This document shows positions 1 to 11,700 of a stretch of DNA of 64,000 nt, one piece after another. How positions within the stretch are numbered: position 1 is the first letter of the stretch; each line of letters begins with the position of its first letter. The position numbers and the translations under genes are program-made. The notes beneath the pieces are model-generated. The model saw nothing but the letters and a program-made list of their open reading frames with translations, searched no databases and was not told the DNA's origin. Source of the DNA: Octopus bimaculoides (taxonomy: Eukaryota); NCBI RefSeq assembly GCF_001194135.2, contig NC_068994.1:40449625-40513624 (forward strand). Direction: 5' to 3'.

Positions 1-34
<34 letters not shown>

Positions 35-70
35 TACATATACATGCAGAGAAAGGGGAGAGGGAGAGAA

Positions 71-102
<32 letters not shown>
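1..102. repeat. (TA)n followed by (GA)n microsatellites
   Basis: Direct reading of perfect dinucleotide runs. Confidence 0.95.
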
Positions 103-103
<1 letters not shown>

Positions 104-1066
104 TATCATCCTCATTCTCTTCTTCCTCATTTTAACATCCCCTCTTCCATGCCTATATGGGTTCAACAGAATTTATGTGGGAAGATTTTCCACAGCCAGA
201 TGCTCATCATATTGCTGGCCTACACATGCTTCAAAGCAATATAATATTACTACATAGCCGGATGTGTCTTTTTTTTTTGCATTTTAAGGAATGACATCAC
301 TTGTATGACAGTGACACTCATTTGCAGTCATTATGCAATATAAAGAAGAGACACAAACATATACACACTCACATAGATATGGTGGACTCCTATTCACATG
401 TTTTGTTACGACTATTTTATTCAAATAAAAATAGGTTATTTGAATTGCTATTAATGTATGTCATATATTAGAAAATTATCTCAAAAGAAATCATTGATAT
501 TTCAAATGCATTTAATATGTTTGTTTCAATTGGTTACATAACAACTTTCTATTTCAGTGCTACACTCATCAGTTCATTACAAACAAAACATAAAAATGGA
601 AAAAAGTTTGCTTCAATATATTGTGGTAGGCAGGAAAAATTCACATATAACCAGAGTAAGATACATAGAAAGAAAGAAATAAAGAAAAAGTGAGGAAGAA
701 AAAGGGTAAATGAAAAAGGGAGAAAGAAAAAGATAAGAGAAACATGAGCTGGTGGACTCCCTCTTCAAAGACAACGCATGAGTGTTCAGCCTTTTTGTAG
801 GTTTCCTGCTACATCCGTGTCTTAGTATTAAGTGACGATGCCTAGTGTTGTGTCCTAAAAATAGAGCTTCAAACACTTGTCAGGAGCAAGACAGTTGCGA
901 CATAAGCCACGTCTTTCTGTTTCAACCTTTTGGAAATCAGTGTAAACTGTGAAAGTGGTTAAAGCTTTAAGGATATTGATAAAAAAATGTTTTAACTATT
1001 CTCAGTGCATTTTCAACTTCTATTTTTCCTGTATTTCTACCTGTGTGGAATAAAATAAATTTGTTT

Positions 1067-1069
<3 letters not shown>

Positions 1070-1104
<35 letters not shown>

Positions 1105-1290
1105 TATATATATATATGATAGTGTTCTTTCAGTTTCTGTCCACCAAATGCACTTGCAAGTCTTAGGTCAGCTTGGTCTATAGTAGAAGACACTTGCCCA
1201 AGTTGCCATGCTGTTAAATTGAACCTGCAGCTGAGGAGTTGAGAAGAGAACTTCTCAAGCACACAGCCATGCCTGTCCCTATATCCAAGA
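1070..1290 (-). mobile_element. SINE group 1 (tRNA-headed, internal microsatellite), degenerate 5' part
   Basis: Reverse complement matches the head shared with 33259-33709 and 50646-51003 (GGCTGTGTG...CTTGGGCAAGTGTCTTCTACTATAG...GAAACTGAAAGAA). Confidence 0.8.
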
Positions 1291-1320
1291 CTGCAAAACT
1301 GTAGTTAAATACCTATGTCC

Positions 1321-1352
<32 letters not shown>

Positions 1353-2053
1353 GTATACACACACACTTGTATATAAGCTTGTGTAATCTACATTCTGATT
1401 CCTAAAGATTTTCTTTTTATTTCTGTTGATATGAATATATTATTAAAATGTGTTGTATTGGCAATTAGCCAATGACACTATCACATGTCTTGCTGAATCT
1501 CTACTACACCAGTTGAACACTGTTTTTCAATTCATTTGTTTTGTATAGCTTATATTTCATTTTTACATCTTTAAAATATTTCAGCACATTTATATTCTGT
1601 GTGTTTTTTTTCGTTTTTTTTTTTTTGTGCATGACTCCATATTGACATCCAACTAGATTTAAACACTAACAAACATTAAACTTTGTCAAATGTCAGCAAC
1701 ATTTAACTGTAGGGATAAGTTTTGTTTTATTATATTTACAGAAATTTGTTGTTAGCTCTAAGCCAGCAGACCTACAATAAAATGAGCTCCTGCTGTGATC
1801 ATCTCTGTTTATATTTTAATGTATCTGTAATATCCATAATCTCTGCCAATTTTTGAAGATAGCAGAGAAAAATTTGAGGAAAATCTGTTGCTATTTTTAG
1901 CAGGTCAAGCAACTCAATAGAGGTGTCTCTCCACCTTTATCATTGGTTCATAAATGTTGATGCTCTTATTGAACTCAAACACAATCCTGTTTGAACTAAA
2001 ATTAGAATTAAATCTGCAGGGGAGGAAGGAAATTGTTCACAATTTTCATGACA

Positions 2054-2550
2054 GCATACCATCATCGTCATCGTTGTCGTCGTCGTCGTCGTCGTCATCA
2101 TCGTCATCGTCGTCGTCATCGTCATCATCATCATCATCAGCATTTAATGACCATTTTCCATGCTGGCATGAGCTAGGTGGATTGACAGGAACTGGCAAGA
2201 CCAGAGGCCACCCCACGTTCCATAGTCTGTTTTGGCTTGGTTTCTACAGCCAGATGCCCTTCCTAATACCAGCCACTCCACAGAATGTACTGGGTGTTTT
2301 TACATTAGACCATCATCAGTGCTTTTTGCATGGTACCAGTGCCAGAGTTTTTTATGTGGCGCCAGCACCCACACCAATGCTTTTTATGTGGCATCTGGTT
2401 TTAGGATTTTAATTCTTTTGTGGTGGGCAGGTATTTTCAAGTACAGCAATGCACCATATATCTCAACCCTCTGTCATCTCCTTCCTAATGTTCAGCATTT
2501 TGAGATCAGCCTTCAATGCTTTGTCTTCTTGGGTCTCGCATTTCCACAAC
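2054..2550 (-). mobile_element. 5'-truncated RTE-clade LINE 3' end (ORF2 C-terminal relic, 3' UTR, (GAT)n tail)
   Basis: Minus-strand relic CGNARPKKT..ALKADLKMLNIRKEMTEG*DIWCIAVLENT, UTR motif TTAGGAAGGGCATCTGGCTGTAGAAA, GAT/GAC tail; homologous to 6657-7135 and 20694-21795. Confidence 0.8.
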
Positions 2551-2837
2551 TTTTAAATCATCAGCTTGTAAATCATGGTGGTCTTATGAAGCTAATTCAC
2601 TCTCTTACAGGCTTATAGTTTGGTTTAAAAATTTTTTTTCAGTTCTTGTGTTTATCAAATATGATGACAATGGTAGTTTCTTGTCATCCAAGAAAGACAG
2701 TTCTGTAATTCCTTTTTGAACAAGCTGCACAAATGACTTGTCTATAGTGATCAAATATTTCTGCTGTGCATTAGCTCACTGCCTCCATCAAAATATTACC
2801 TGAACAGGTGCACAGGATACCACAAAACAATATGAGA

Positions 2838-2955
2838 TGAACAATATGAGATGAAGTGTTTTGTTCAAGAACACAATGCACCACCCAGTCCAGGAATTGA
2901 AACCATGACGTTATGAATTGTTGTGCCATACCTCAACCACTTGGCTATGCATCCT
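2838..2955 (-). mobile_element. SINE group 3 head fragment
   Basis: Reverse complement of GCATGGCT..GTGGTT...GGTTCAATTCCTGG...GTGTTCTTGA-CAA-ACACTTCATTTCA head seen in other copies. Confidence 0.7.
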
Positions 2956-3784
2956 TTTGTTTAACAAATACCATATTACTAAAAATAGTATATGATTTTG
3001 ACTATGCTCTCTTACTTTGCTTGGTGATGAATTTCTTGATAACTTGGTTACCTATTCTATTGCAAGGGTGTGAATTTGGTTTATATGAAATATTTTATAG
3101 TTGCTATGTGTGTTTTAACTGGGTGCTGTTTCCATTGTTAATACAGCATTCAATTTGTTTTAATATTATGCTACAGATTGTTTGACTAAATTATCTGTAC
3201 ACCTGTTCTTCGCTACCATTTGTTTTATTATATTAATTTCATTTTCTGAACTATCATTTGGAAAGAGAGAAAAAGACAGACAGATGGAGGAGTAGAGAGA
3301 GAATCATCAAAGTAGTGATTTACAACTAACATTTTATATCTAGAGAGAGAGAAACATTTAATGTGTCCTTGCATTTATTGGCATGTATGGAATTTTTAGT
3401 GTAGACAATAAAATGACTATAAAAACACTACTGGGAGGCGGTTTATGAAACAGCAAAGACCAGGAAGTTCTGGAAACACAGATGAACCAAGAGACATTAT
3501 TGTTTCAAACAAAATGGAACAGATTAATAAATTAATATGAAAAAATGAATAAGACAAATAAAAAGTTAGCCTAGTTGCAGTTTTGCATTTTTAATAATGT
3601 ATTATACGTATATATCTACACTATTTATATGTACACATGTTGTACATACATATATACATATATACAAATATGTGTATGTATGTGTGTGTGTGTATATATA
3701 TGCACATACATACATACATGCACGCACACATAATACATACACACATGCATACACACGCACGACGCAAAGACACACACACACATA

Positions 3785-4002
3785 CAGGGTCTGATGGGTA
3801 AATTGTCACCATACTGTACTGCCTGGCATTTGCACCAGAAGCTCCAATGCGAGAGTGATAAAAATCAAACATCAGTCAACATCATGGTGTCTGGAGTAAC
3901 CACTAGTGATGGCGACATTATGCCTCCATTCATCTTCCCACATGGCTTCACACTCAACATGGAGGCCTACATCAAGTGCCTGGAGGAGGTAGTGCTGACC
4001 TG
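3785..4002 (+). mobile_element. maT (DD37D)-derived non-autonomous DNA transposon fragment
   Basis: TA then CAGGGTCTGATGGGTAAATTGTCACC terminus; relic VNIMVSGVTTSDGDIMPPFIFPHGFTLNMEAYIKCLEEVVLT matches 22388 and 48511 copies. Confidence 0.85.
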
Positions 4003-4320
4003 TTTCTCTCGATGTGGATCTCTTCCATTTGCATAGCGTCTTCAGACAGGCTTTTGGCTGCTGCTGCCGTGTACATTCCTGATTCCATATCCACAAATGG
4101 GTAAGAAAACACTCTTCAACAATAAATATTAACAATAATATTTCAACAATTCTTCAAGCAATTTTCAACAATACACAAATCAAAGCAACTCACTGTTCAC
4201 AACGCTCTCCTTCGACAAAATCACCAACGACCTCTACTCAACTACCTCGGCATCTAGACTTCCCCCTCTATATCTATGTATTGGGTGAGCCTACTTCATC
4301 ATCTGGGGACGTCGACACAA

Positions 4321-4322
<2 letters not shown>
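4001..4322 (-). mobile_element. Putative solo LTR
   Basis: TGT...ACA ends; minus strand starts TGTTGTG like the LTR at 20241 and has a similar TTG-rich body; no matching TSD seen. Confidence 0.4.
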
Positions 4323-4323
<1 letters not shown>

Positions 4324-4386
<63 letters not shown>

Positions 4387-4693
4387 TTGTACCTGTCCAC
4401 ATACAAATATATGCATATGTATACATACAAAGTGGTATACATTTATATTGAATACAAATATGGAAAGACCTTTGCTGTAGTAACTGGAAGAATGAAGAAA
4501 AGATGGAGGAAGAGGAAGTGGAGAAGAAGAAGAAGAAGAAGAAGAAGGAGAAGGAGAAGGAGGAGAAGGAGAAGGAGAAGGAGAAGGAGAAGGAGAAGAA
4601 GGAGAAGAAGAAGAAGGAGGAGAAGAAGAAGGAGGAGAAGAAGGAGGAGAAAAAGAAGAAGAAGGAGGAGGAGAAGGAGAAGAAGAAGAAGAT
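4324..4693. repeat. (TA)n and (GAA/GGA)n simple repeats
   Basis: Direct reading; explains poly-R, poly-K/E and poly-L ORFs. Confidence 0.95.
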
Positions 4694-5029
4694 TATAAAC
4701 ACTTGCAAATTTTGAGTGGAACATTGCACAAGTAACATCACATGGCTTATAATCCAGTATTTGCTGTACTACATCAAAAAATATTTGGATCTTCAGAGTC
4801 TAAATATTTTCAGGTATTGAAGCAGAAATTCTGTTTTTTTATGATTCACAACTTCATATTTAAAGAATATGGAAATTATTTTAAATTCCCTATTAAATAA
4901 AGTGTGGAGTTGGGTTTATCATAGAACCAGTGAAATATTCTTTTTTATTCCATTTTTTATATGCTTATCAATGAACAGCAGAATCCATCTGGTTGTAAAT
5001 GTTTTGTTGTCATTGTCTTCTCTGTTGTT

Positions 5030-5288
5030 GCCACAATCACCATCTACACCACCATTGTCATCATCATCATCATCATCGTCATCATCATCATCATCACTCT
5101 TATCAACACGACCATTGCCATATTTGTCATCATCATCAATGTAGTTGTCATTGTTGTTGTCCTTGTAATTATCATCATCACCCTCTCCTCCCCATCATCA
5201 TCATCACTGACCTCTTCCTCATCAGCATCATCATCGCCCTCATTGCAATTATGCCCATCATTGCCATCCTCCTCCTCCTCCTCCTCCT

Positions 5289-5334
<46 letters not shown>

Positions 5335-5370
5335 GTCATCGTCACCACCACCACCACCACCACCACCACC
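5030..5370. repeat. (CAT)n/(CCT)n/(CAC)n trinucleotide low-complexity block
   Basis: Direct reading. Confidence 0.9.
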
Positions 5371-6128
5371 TTTGTAAATATTCCAGAATAGGAAATTATT
5401 CCAAAACTTTTTGCAGCTCTAAAACAAGATATTCTAATATAAATTAATTAATTCAATACTGACCATAGAGTGAAATGAAAATAAATAATTAAATAAATAA
5501 ATAAATAAATACATGAATACTTAATTAAATAAAAGGAAACTAAATTTTTGAAGCAAATTTTTTTGGTTGGCAATTAAGTTTTATTTTTATTTTATTTTTT
5601 GTTCACAATTGGCCATTTCTGATAAAAATCAGTTTCATTTGACACCAAATCAGTTATGACACCTTACAGCTTTGTTAGTGCCAAATTAAAATGTGTTTGT
5701 TTATGTGTGTGTGTGTGTGTGTGCACATGCGAGTGAGTGTATGTGTGTGTGCATGTGATATGTGCATATGTGTGTATGTAAGGATATGTGTGTATGCATG
5801 TATACATGTGTGTGAATATTTGCTTCTTCTCTTTTGTGTATTAGTGCATAAACAAATGCTCTTTTCATATAAATGAAATTAACTATTGTTTTATTTCATC
5901 ATTGCTTCAACTTTGATGTTTGAAATAAATAGCTTAGATACTGCCATACAAGAGATTGTGTCAAACAGAATAGTGTTGTTAATGACACTAACCAAATAAA
6001 GCATTTGCAGCAATTTCATATGGAATCTACTGCAAAACCATATTACTAAATACTCAGACAAATAGGATGATTTCAACTAAACTCTTAGCTTACATTTGGA
6101 TTGTAAATTTAATCTATTGTTTGGTTTA

Positions 6129-6337
6129 GACTTTTGATACCACCCCACCTGAGACAAACCCTGTTTCTGTGATACAAATTTCCTGTTTGAAAGTGATTTA
6201 AATTAAACCATTCCATCAAAATTTCACGTTAATTTATGAACCAAACGTCAATTTAATAATGAAAAATTTATTCTTCAAAATTCTTCATCATTTTCAAAAT
6301 TAAATGAAGGAAATGCAGAAATATGGTAGCAAAAGGG
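6129..6337. mobile_element. piggyBac-type (TTAA) MITE, degenerate
   Basis: Left TTTAGACTTTTGATACCA versus right TGGTAGCAAAAGGGTTTAA form an imperfect TIR; interior resembles 54140-54360. Confidence 0.5.
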
Positions 6338-6656
6338 TTTAAGAACACTTCTTGGTGAGTCAATGAGAAATCTCTGCTTGGTTGATTAAACTATCAGATG
6401 TGGCAACAAAATTCCCCCTATTCTCTTAAAAGCAGGATTCCTTAGATAATATAATCATGGGCACCCTATATATGAAAAAAAAACAAACAAACATAAAAAA
6501 CAAAACCCAGGATGCTTATAGTTAGAATGTCTTTGATCATTAGTCTTTTCAATCTAAGTTGATTTCGTTTTGAACAACAACAGAAATACCATGTCTTCAG
6601 GGGGCTTTTAAAAGAGACTACTCTGATGCAAAGACTTGAGGATAACTTCAATTCAT

Positions 6657-7135
6657 CCCATCATCATCATCATCATCATCGTTTAACGTCCGCTTTCCAT
6701 GCTAGCATGGGTTGGACGATTTGACTGAGGACTGGTGAAACCGGATGGCAACACCAGGCTCCAGTCTGATTTGGCAGAGTTTCTACAGCTGGATGCCCTT
6801 CCTAACGCCAACCACTCAGAGAGTGTAGTGGGTGCTTTTACGTGTCACCCGCACGAAAACGGCCACGCTCGAAATGGTGTCTTTTATGTGCCACCCGCAC
6901 AAGCCAGTCCAGGGGCACTGGCAACGATCTCGCTCGAAAATCCTACAGGAGCCAGTCAGGCGGTACTGGCAACGGCCACGCTCAAAATGGTGCATCTCAT
7001 GTGCCACCCGCACAAGAACCAGTCCAGGGGCACTGGCAACAATCTTACTTAGCTTGCCGGGTCTTCTCACGCACAGCCCATTTCCAAAGGTCTCGGTCCG
7101 TAGTCATCGCCTCGGTGAGGCCCAATATTTGTATG
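6657..7135 (-). mobile_element. 5'-truncated RTE-clade LINE 3' end, CpG-rich (young) copy
   Basis: Minus-strand ILGLTEAMTTDRDLWKWAVREKTRQAK* (DRxxW RTE C-terminal motif), 3' UTR with TGGCGTTAGGAAGGGCATCCAGCTGTAGAAA, ends GACGTTAAAC(GAT)n. Confidence 0.9.
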
Positions 7136-7225
7136 AAGGTACATGACTCCATGGTTAGAGTGTCAGACTCACTATCATGAGGCAGTGAGTTTGATTCCCA
7201 GACCAGGTTGTGTGCTGTGCTGTTT
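7134..7225 (+). mobile_element. SINE group 3 head, truncated
   Basis: GAAGGTACATGACTCCATGGTTAGAGTGTCAGACTCACTATCATGAGG..GAGTTTGATTCCCAGACC, A/B-box-like head. Confidence 0.7.
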
Positions 7226-7340
7226 TTCTCACAGACAGTGCCCAACTGACCCCACAATACTGTGTAGTCGACAAAATCAAAAACAAACAACACACAAAAT
7301 TAAAAATATAAAATAGCAACAATTTACCCATCGCTCTCTG
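7212..7340 (-). mobile_element. 5' terminus of maT-derived element
   Basis: Reverse complement CAGAGAGCGATGGGTAAATTGTTGC...GATTTTGTCGACTACACAGTATTGTGGGGTCAGTTGGGCAC aligns to 22388-22515; TA flank. Confidence 0.85.
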
Positions 7341-7799
7341 TATATATGGTGAGAGAGAGAGTGAGAAAGAGAGAGAGAGTGAGAGAGAGAGAGTGGGGGA
7401 GTGATAGATATGATTTATTTGACAATTTTATCAAAATTTAGCCTTGTCCATGATGTATATATTCAAGTGGTCTATAAATGTATATGATCTAATAATCATC
7501 TACATATACATCTGATGGGTTTCTGCACATTTTTTACCAACCAAATATCACTTACAAAATATCAGTCAATCTATCAGAATGTTAAAAGATACTTGCCCAA
7601 AGTCCCACTTTGTACAGTGGACTCTGGAGGCACACAACCTTGGGTAGGTATTATTATTTGCTAAAAACCAATTCTGCCAATTGGTTTTAATTTGCAGCAT
7701 GAATCACTTTTGCTTATGATGATGAGAAATACATCAGTACTGATTCAATGCGACTAAAATCACTTCTTAATAAATCTTTTATATTCGGTTACTATAGGT

Positions 7800-8015
7800 T
7801 AGTAAGTTGGTAGAATTATTAGCATGTCAGACAAAAGCATTAGCGGCATTTTTCTGACTTTACATTTTGAGTTCAAAATCTGTCTTGCTCAACTTGACCT
7901 TTCATACTTTCAGGATCAATGAAATAAGTACGCTATAAGCGCTGTGATTGAGGTAACCAACTTACTATCTCTCACCAAATTTTAGGCCTTGTGCTTACAG
8001 CAGAAAGAATTATTT
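7800..8015 (+). mobile_element. SINE group 2, degenerate
   Basis: TGGTAGAATTATTAGCATG...GAGTTCAAAATC...TTGACCTTTCAT..TTTCAGGATCAATGAAATAAGTAC matches 25538-25771. Confidence 0.75.
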
Positions 8016-9177
8016 TGTGTCAGTATAGAAAATTATCATTATTGTGCAAAATTGTGCATGTCAAACATATTTTGGTAAACAACTATGCAAGCAAAATTTT
8101 TGAAAACTGCAGATATGGTTATCAAAGATGATTAATTATTTTTGCAGAAAATATGTTATGTTATTTAGTTTTATAAAATGTGGAAAAATTTCAACCTCCC
8201 ATAATGACGACATATTTACAGTAAAATGTGTTGGATAATGAAAGAGAAAAATTATGTTTGAGAAAGATAGAGGAAGAGAGAGATTGGAGAATAAGAGAAA
8301 GGCAGACAGACAAACAGGCAGATAAGCAGTCAAAAAGATACATGGGAAGAAAGAGAAAAAAACAGAGAAAGAAGAAGAGAGAAAGAGACGCAGACGGACA
8401 GACACAGAAACAAAAAGGGGAAACAGAGAATAAAAAAGATTGAGGGAAAGTGAGAGAAAGTGAAAGATATGGCAAGAAGCAGAGACATGCAGGGTGAGAG
8501 GGAAAGTGAGGGAGTCAGAGAGAAGAAGAGGTAGAGAAAAATGATAGAGAAGAAGGCTATCAAAAGCTTTCTACAAGCAGGAGGCCTTAGAGAAAGGTGG
8601 GTGAAGACATATTATGATGAGAGAAAGAAGACAGGAAGCATATTTCGTGTGAGAATGAAAAAGAAATAATTAAATAGAAAAACGAAAAACCAAGAAACAA
8701 CAAACAAGTACATAACAACAACATTACCACATTATCACCGAAAGAAACAAAAATGTGTTTAAATGAGGAAGGATTTTGAGAAAAACAGGATGGTAATAAA
8801 TAGAAAATTAGCAGTAAAATGACCGACGAAATGGGGTTCACCTGAAGGATGAAAATATAATTTAACGAGAAGATTATTGCTTAAATAAATAACAGTGTGT
8901 GTTTGTAGAAATTAAATTCAGAGAAAATGATTTCCCAGGAACAAATACATCATGAAATTTGTATGCTAGGTGAATGCAAGTAAAATGAAAAATGCAACAA
9001 TGCTCTGAAACAATTTAGCAAACGAGGGAATGAAACAAATGGTTTGGCTGATAACTGCTGCTTAAATGCTATGGAAAAAGATTCCAAAGAATATGTTAAT
9101 AATAACAAATTTTTGTGTGTATTTCTGCGTGTGCTTGTATGTATATGTATTTCTCAAGTAGAAAGCATGTATGTGTA

Positions 9178-9213
<36 letters not shown>

Positions 9214-9249
9214 TATGTGTGTGTGTGTATATAGACACACACATATTTG

Positions 9250-9291
<42 letters not shown>

Positions 9292-9529
9292 AACACACAT
9301 ATTTGTGTGTGTGTGCGTGTGTGCATGTGTATATAGTTGAGAGTTGTATATTCTTGGTTGTGGCATATACCTGGTTAAAAGGTTACCATTGGTTTTGATT
9401 CTAGTATTACACTTAGCAACACAGATGACTCATCAGATACACACGTCTATATTCCCAGCTGCAATAACAGTTTTTGACTGGTTACATGCTATAACCAAAA
9501 ATATACTACTCAGCTATATAAATGTAGAA

Positions 9530-9680
9530 TTGTTGTGCTTGAGAAGAAGACCCATCCAGCTGTAGAAAACTATGCCAAATCAGACTGGAGTTTGGTGCAG
9601 TCTTCCAGCATGCCAGGCCAGTCAAACCATCTAACCCATGCCATCATGGATAATGGATGTTAAATGATAATGATGATGAT
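9530..9680 (+). mobile_element. RTE LINE 3' UTR fragment with (GAT)n tail
   Basis: CATCCAGCTGTAGAAAAC..GCCAAATCAGACTGGAG...AACCCATGCC..CATGGA..TGGATGTTAAATGATAATGAT. Confidence 0.75.
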
Positions 9681-9770
9681 ATATGTGTGTGTGTATGTGT
9701 GTATATATATATATATGTTTAGATATATATTTATATAAATGTATATATATACATATATACATACATACCT

Positions 9771-9799
<29 letters not shown>

Positions 9800-9801
<2 letters not shown>

Positions 9802-10540
9802 AGATAAAACTTGGAAAGGGATGCATGGCATTCGATCATATAATAATATAAATAATATATATATATTCATATATACATACATATATATGTGTATATACAT
9901 GCATATATGGGTCAGGACATCAAAAAAATGAGAACGAAATGAAAAACGAGAACATAAAAAACAAAATCATGGGAAACGAACTTTTTTTTCAAACAATGAA
10001 AGAAACAAATAGAGAAACGAGACAGGCAACATAAAGAACAATCCCTTCATCAGTTGTCCTCTGTTTTATGTACTCCGTGTTTTGAACGTTGGGACAAGAC
10101 ACGACTCCGTTAAAACAGTTGTTCCCGCAAAGCAAATTAAATAAAATTTGGGATTTGTGGAGGGTTAAAGAGGTAACAAAAACAGGACTGTAAGAACAAA
10201 ACAGTAAAAACAAATGGTAAGGGCTGTTAAGCCATAACGAGGTGAAGTGGTGAACGCTGGAGAAACAAGCTTTGACAGGAGACAGGCAAAAGTGTGTCTT
10301 GTCTCTTGTAAAGCAAGAGGAAAAAGAAAGATAGCTGCTGGTCATGTGTGAGCAAAACGAGAGTCAAGGAGGAAGTGTGAGGGAGAGAGAGGGAGAGAAA
10401 GAGAACGGTGAAGGGGAGGAGAAGAAATACAGAAAGAAAGAATAATAATAAGAGTGCACATCAGTATTATTAAGATAAAACTTACTTGGAAATGGAAGCG
10501 TTTGATCATATAATAATATAAATAGTATATATATATATAT
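9800..10540. mobile_element. Unclassified element bounded by ~65-bp direct repeats (possibly Penelope-like)
   Basis: TAAGATAAAACTT..GGAAA.GGA....TT.GATCATATAATAATATAAATA at 9800 and 10471; internal CCCTTCATCAGTTG. Confidence 0.4.
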
Positions 10541-11384
10541 GCATGTATATGTGTATGTATATGTTTCTATATAGTCCACAAGTCATTCACAATTTAAAAT
10601 AATTGCTATAACATATATAATTTTATATTACACCAACCAATGTCATTGGCTTTAGCAGAAGTCAGATGCACAAAAAAAGACCATTTAGTGAGATCAAACA
10701 CAAAAAAGTAAACTTAGATAGTCATCAGCGATTTGTAGCAATTCAAATAAATTTCCTGGTATTGTAACAGCAGATGAAGCAAAATAAGTTATTGTAAGAG
10801 CAATTCATTAAAATATGATGACAAAACACACATTGAAGATAAATCATGGGACTGATACTTTATCTTCACAACCGTTGCCCTTTGAGTACAAGACCAAATG
10901 CATGAATGAGTTGTTGTTTGTGTTTGGAGCTTACTAAAATAATTCTTTTTGTTAAACATTATCACTTGCTTTCTCGAATTTACTACTATAATATTTCCAA
11001 AAGTTTTTGCTTTAACTTTGTGCTCGTGAGAGTTATTCTATATTTTCTGTATCAGGCCCTGTCATATTTGGTTATTTTCATTGATGGTATACCAAAACAC
11101 TGTTAATTCAAAATATTCTTGAAGTGCTCTGCTTACTGATGACTAAGCTATTCAAAGACAAGATGACTCTCAGAACACTGTAAGATCGCAAGAAACATTT
11201 TATAAATTTAATGTTTAGTTTCATTGTAAGATTGACAGTTAGGCTGAAGCAATTCAAAATCTTAAGCATGAACTGAAGAACTTTATCCTTAAATCATTGG
11301 ATGAAAAACCAGCTATGTTGTGCTCATTAGTTGTTGCTTCTCATATAAGCACAAGGCCAGCAATTAAGTGCAGCTCAATAATGT

Positions 11385-11700
11385 GAAGGTGCATGGCTTA
11401 ATGGTTAGAGTATTTGGCTCATAATCATAAGGTAGTGAGTTCAATTCCCAGCGATGTGTTGTGTCCTTGAACAAAATACTTTATTTCACATTGCTCCAGT
11501 CCAATCAGCTGGCAACAATGAGTAATAGATGTATTTCAAAGGGCCAGCCTTATCACACAATGTGTCATGTTGAATTTTCCTACGAACGTTAACGGTACAC
11601 ATGTCTGTGAAGTGCTCAGTCATTTGCACATTAATTTCATGAGCAGGCTGTTCCATTGATCAAATCAATTGGAACCCTCGTCATGTAACCAACAGACTGT
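11385..11700 (+). mobile_element. SINE group 3, near full length
   Basis: GAAGGTGCATGGCTTAATGGTTAGAG...GAGTTCAATTCCC...GTGTCCTTGAACAAAATACTTTATTTCAC; body matches reverse complement of 57620-57935. Confidence 0.85.

Noticed and set aside
545-580. Minus-strand CUGAUGA-GUG-UAG-CAC-U-GAAA hammerhead-like motif
   Set aside because: Extra U before GAAA and no pairing for stems I or III; at most a very old relic
4274-5391. Long ORFs with poly-R, K/E, L, H, S or I tracts
   Set aside because: Translations of GAA/GGA and CAT microsatellites; no domain signal
10740-10800. FPGIVTADEA resembling the first-D motif of mariner
   Set aside because: Isolated short match with no supporting flanking homology
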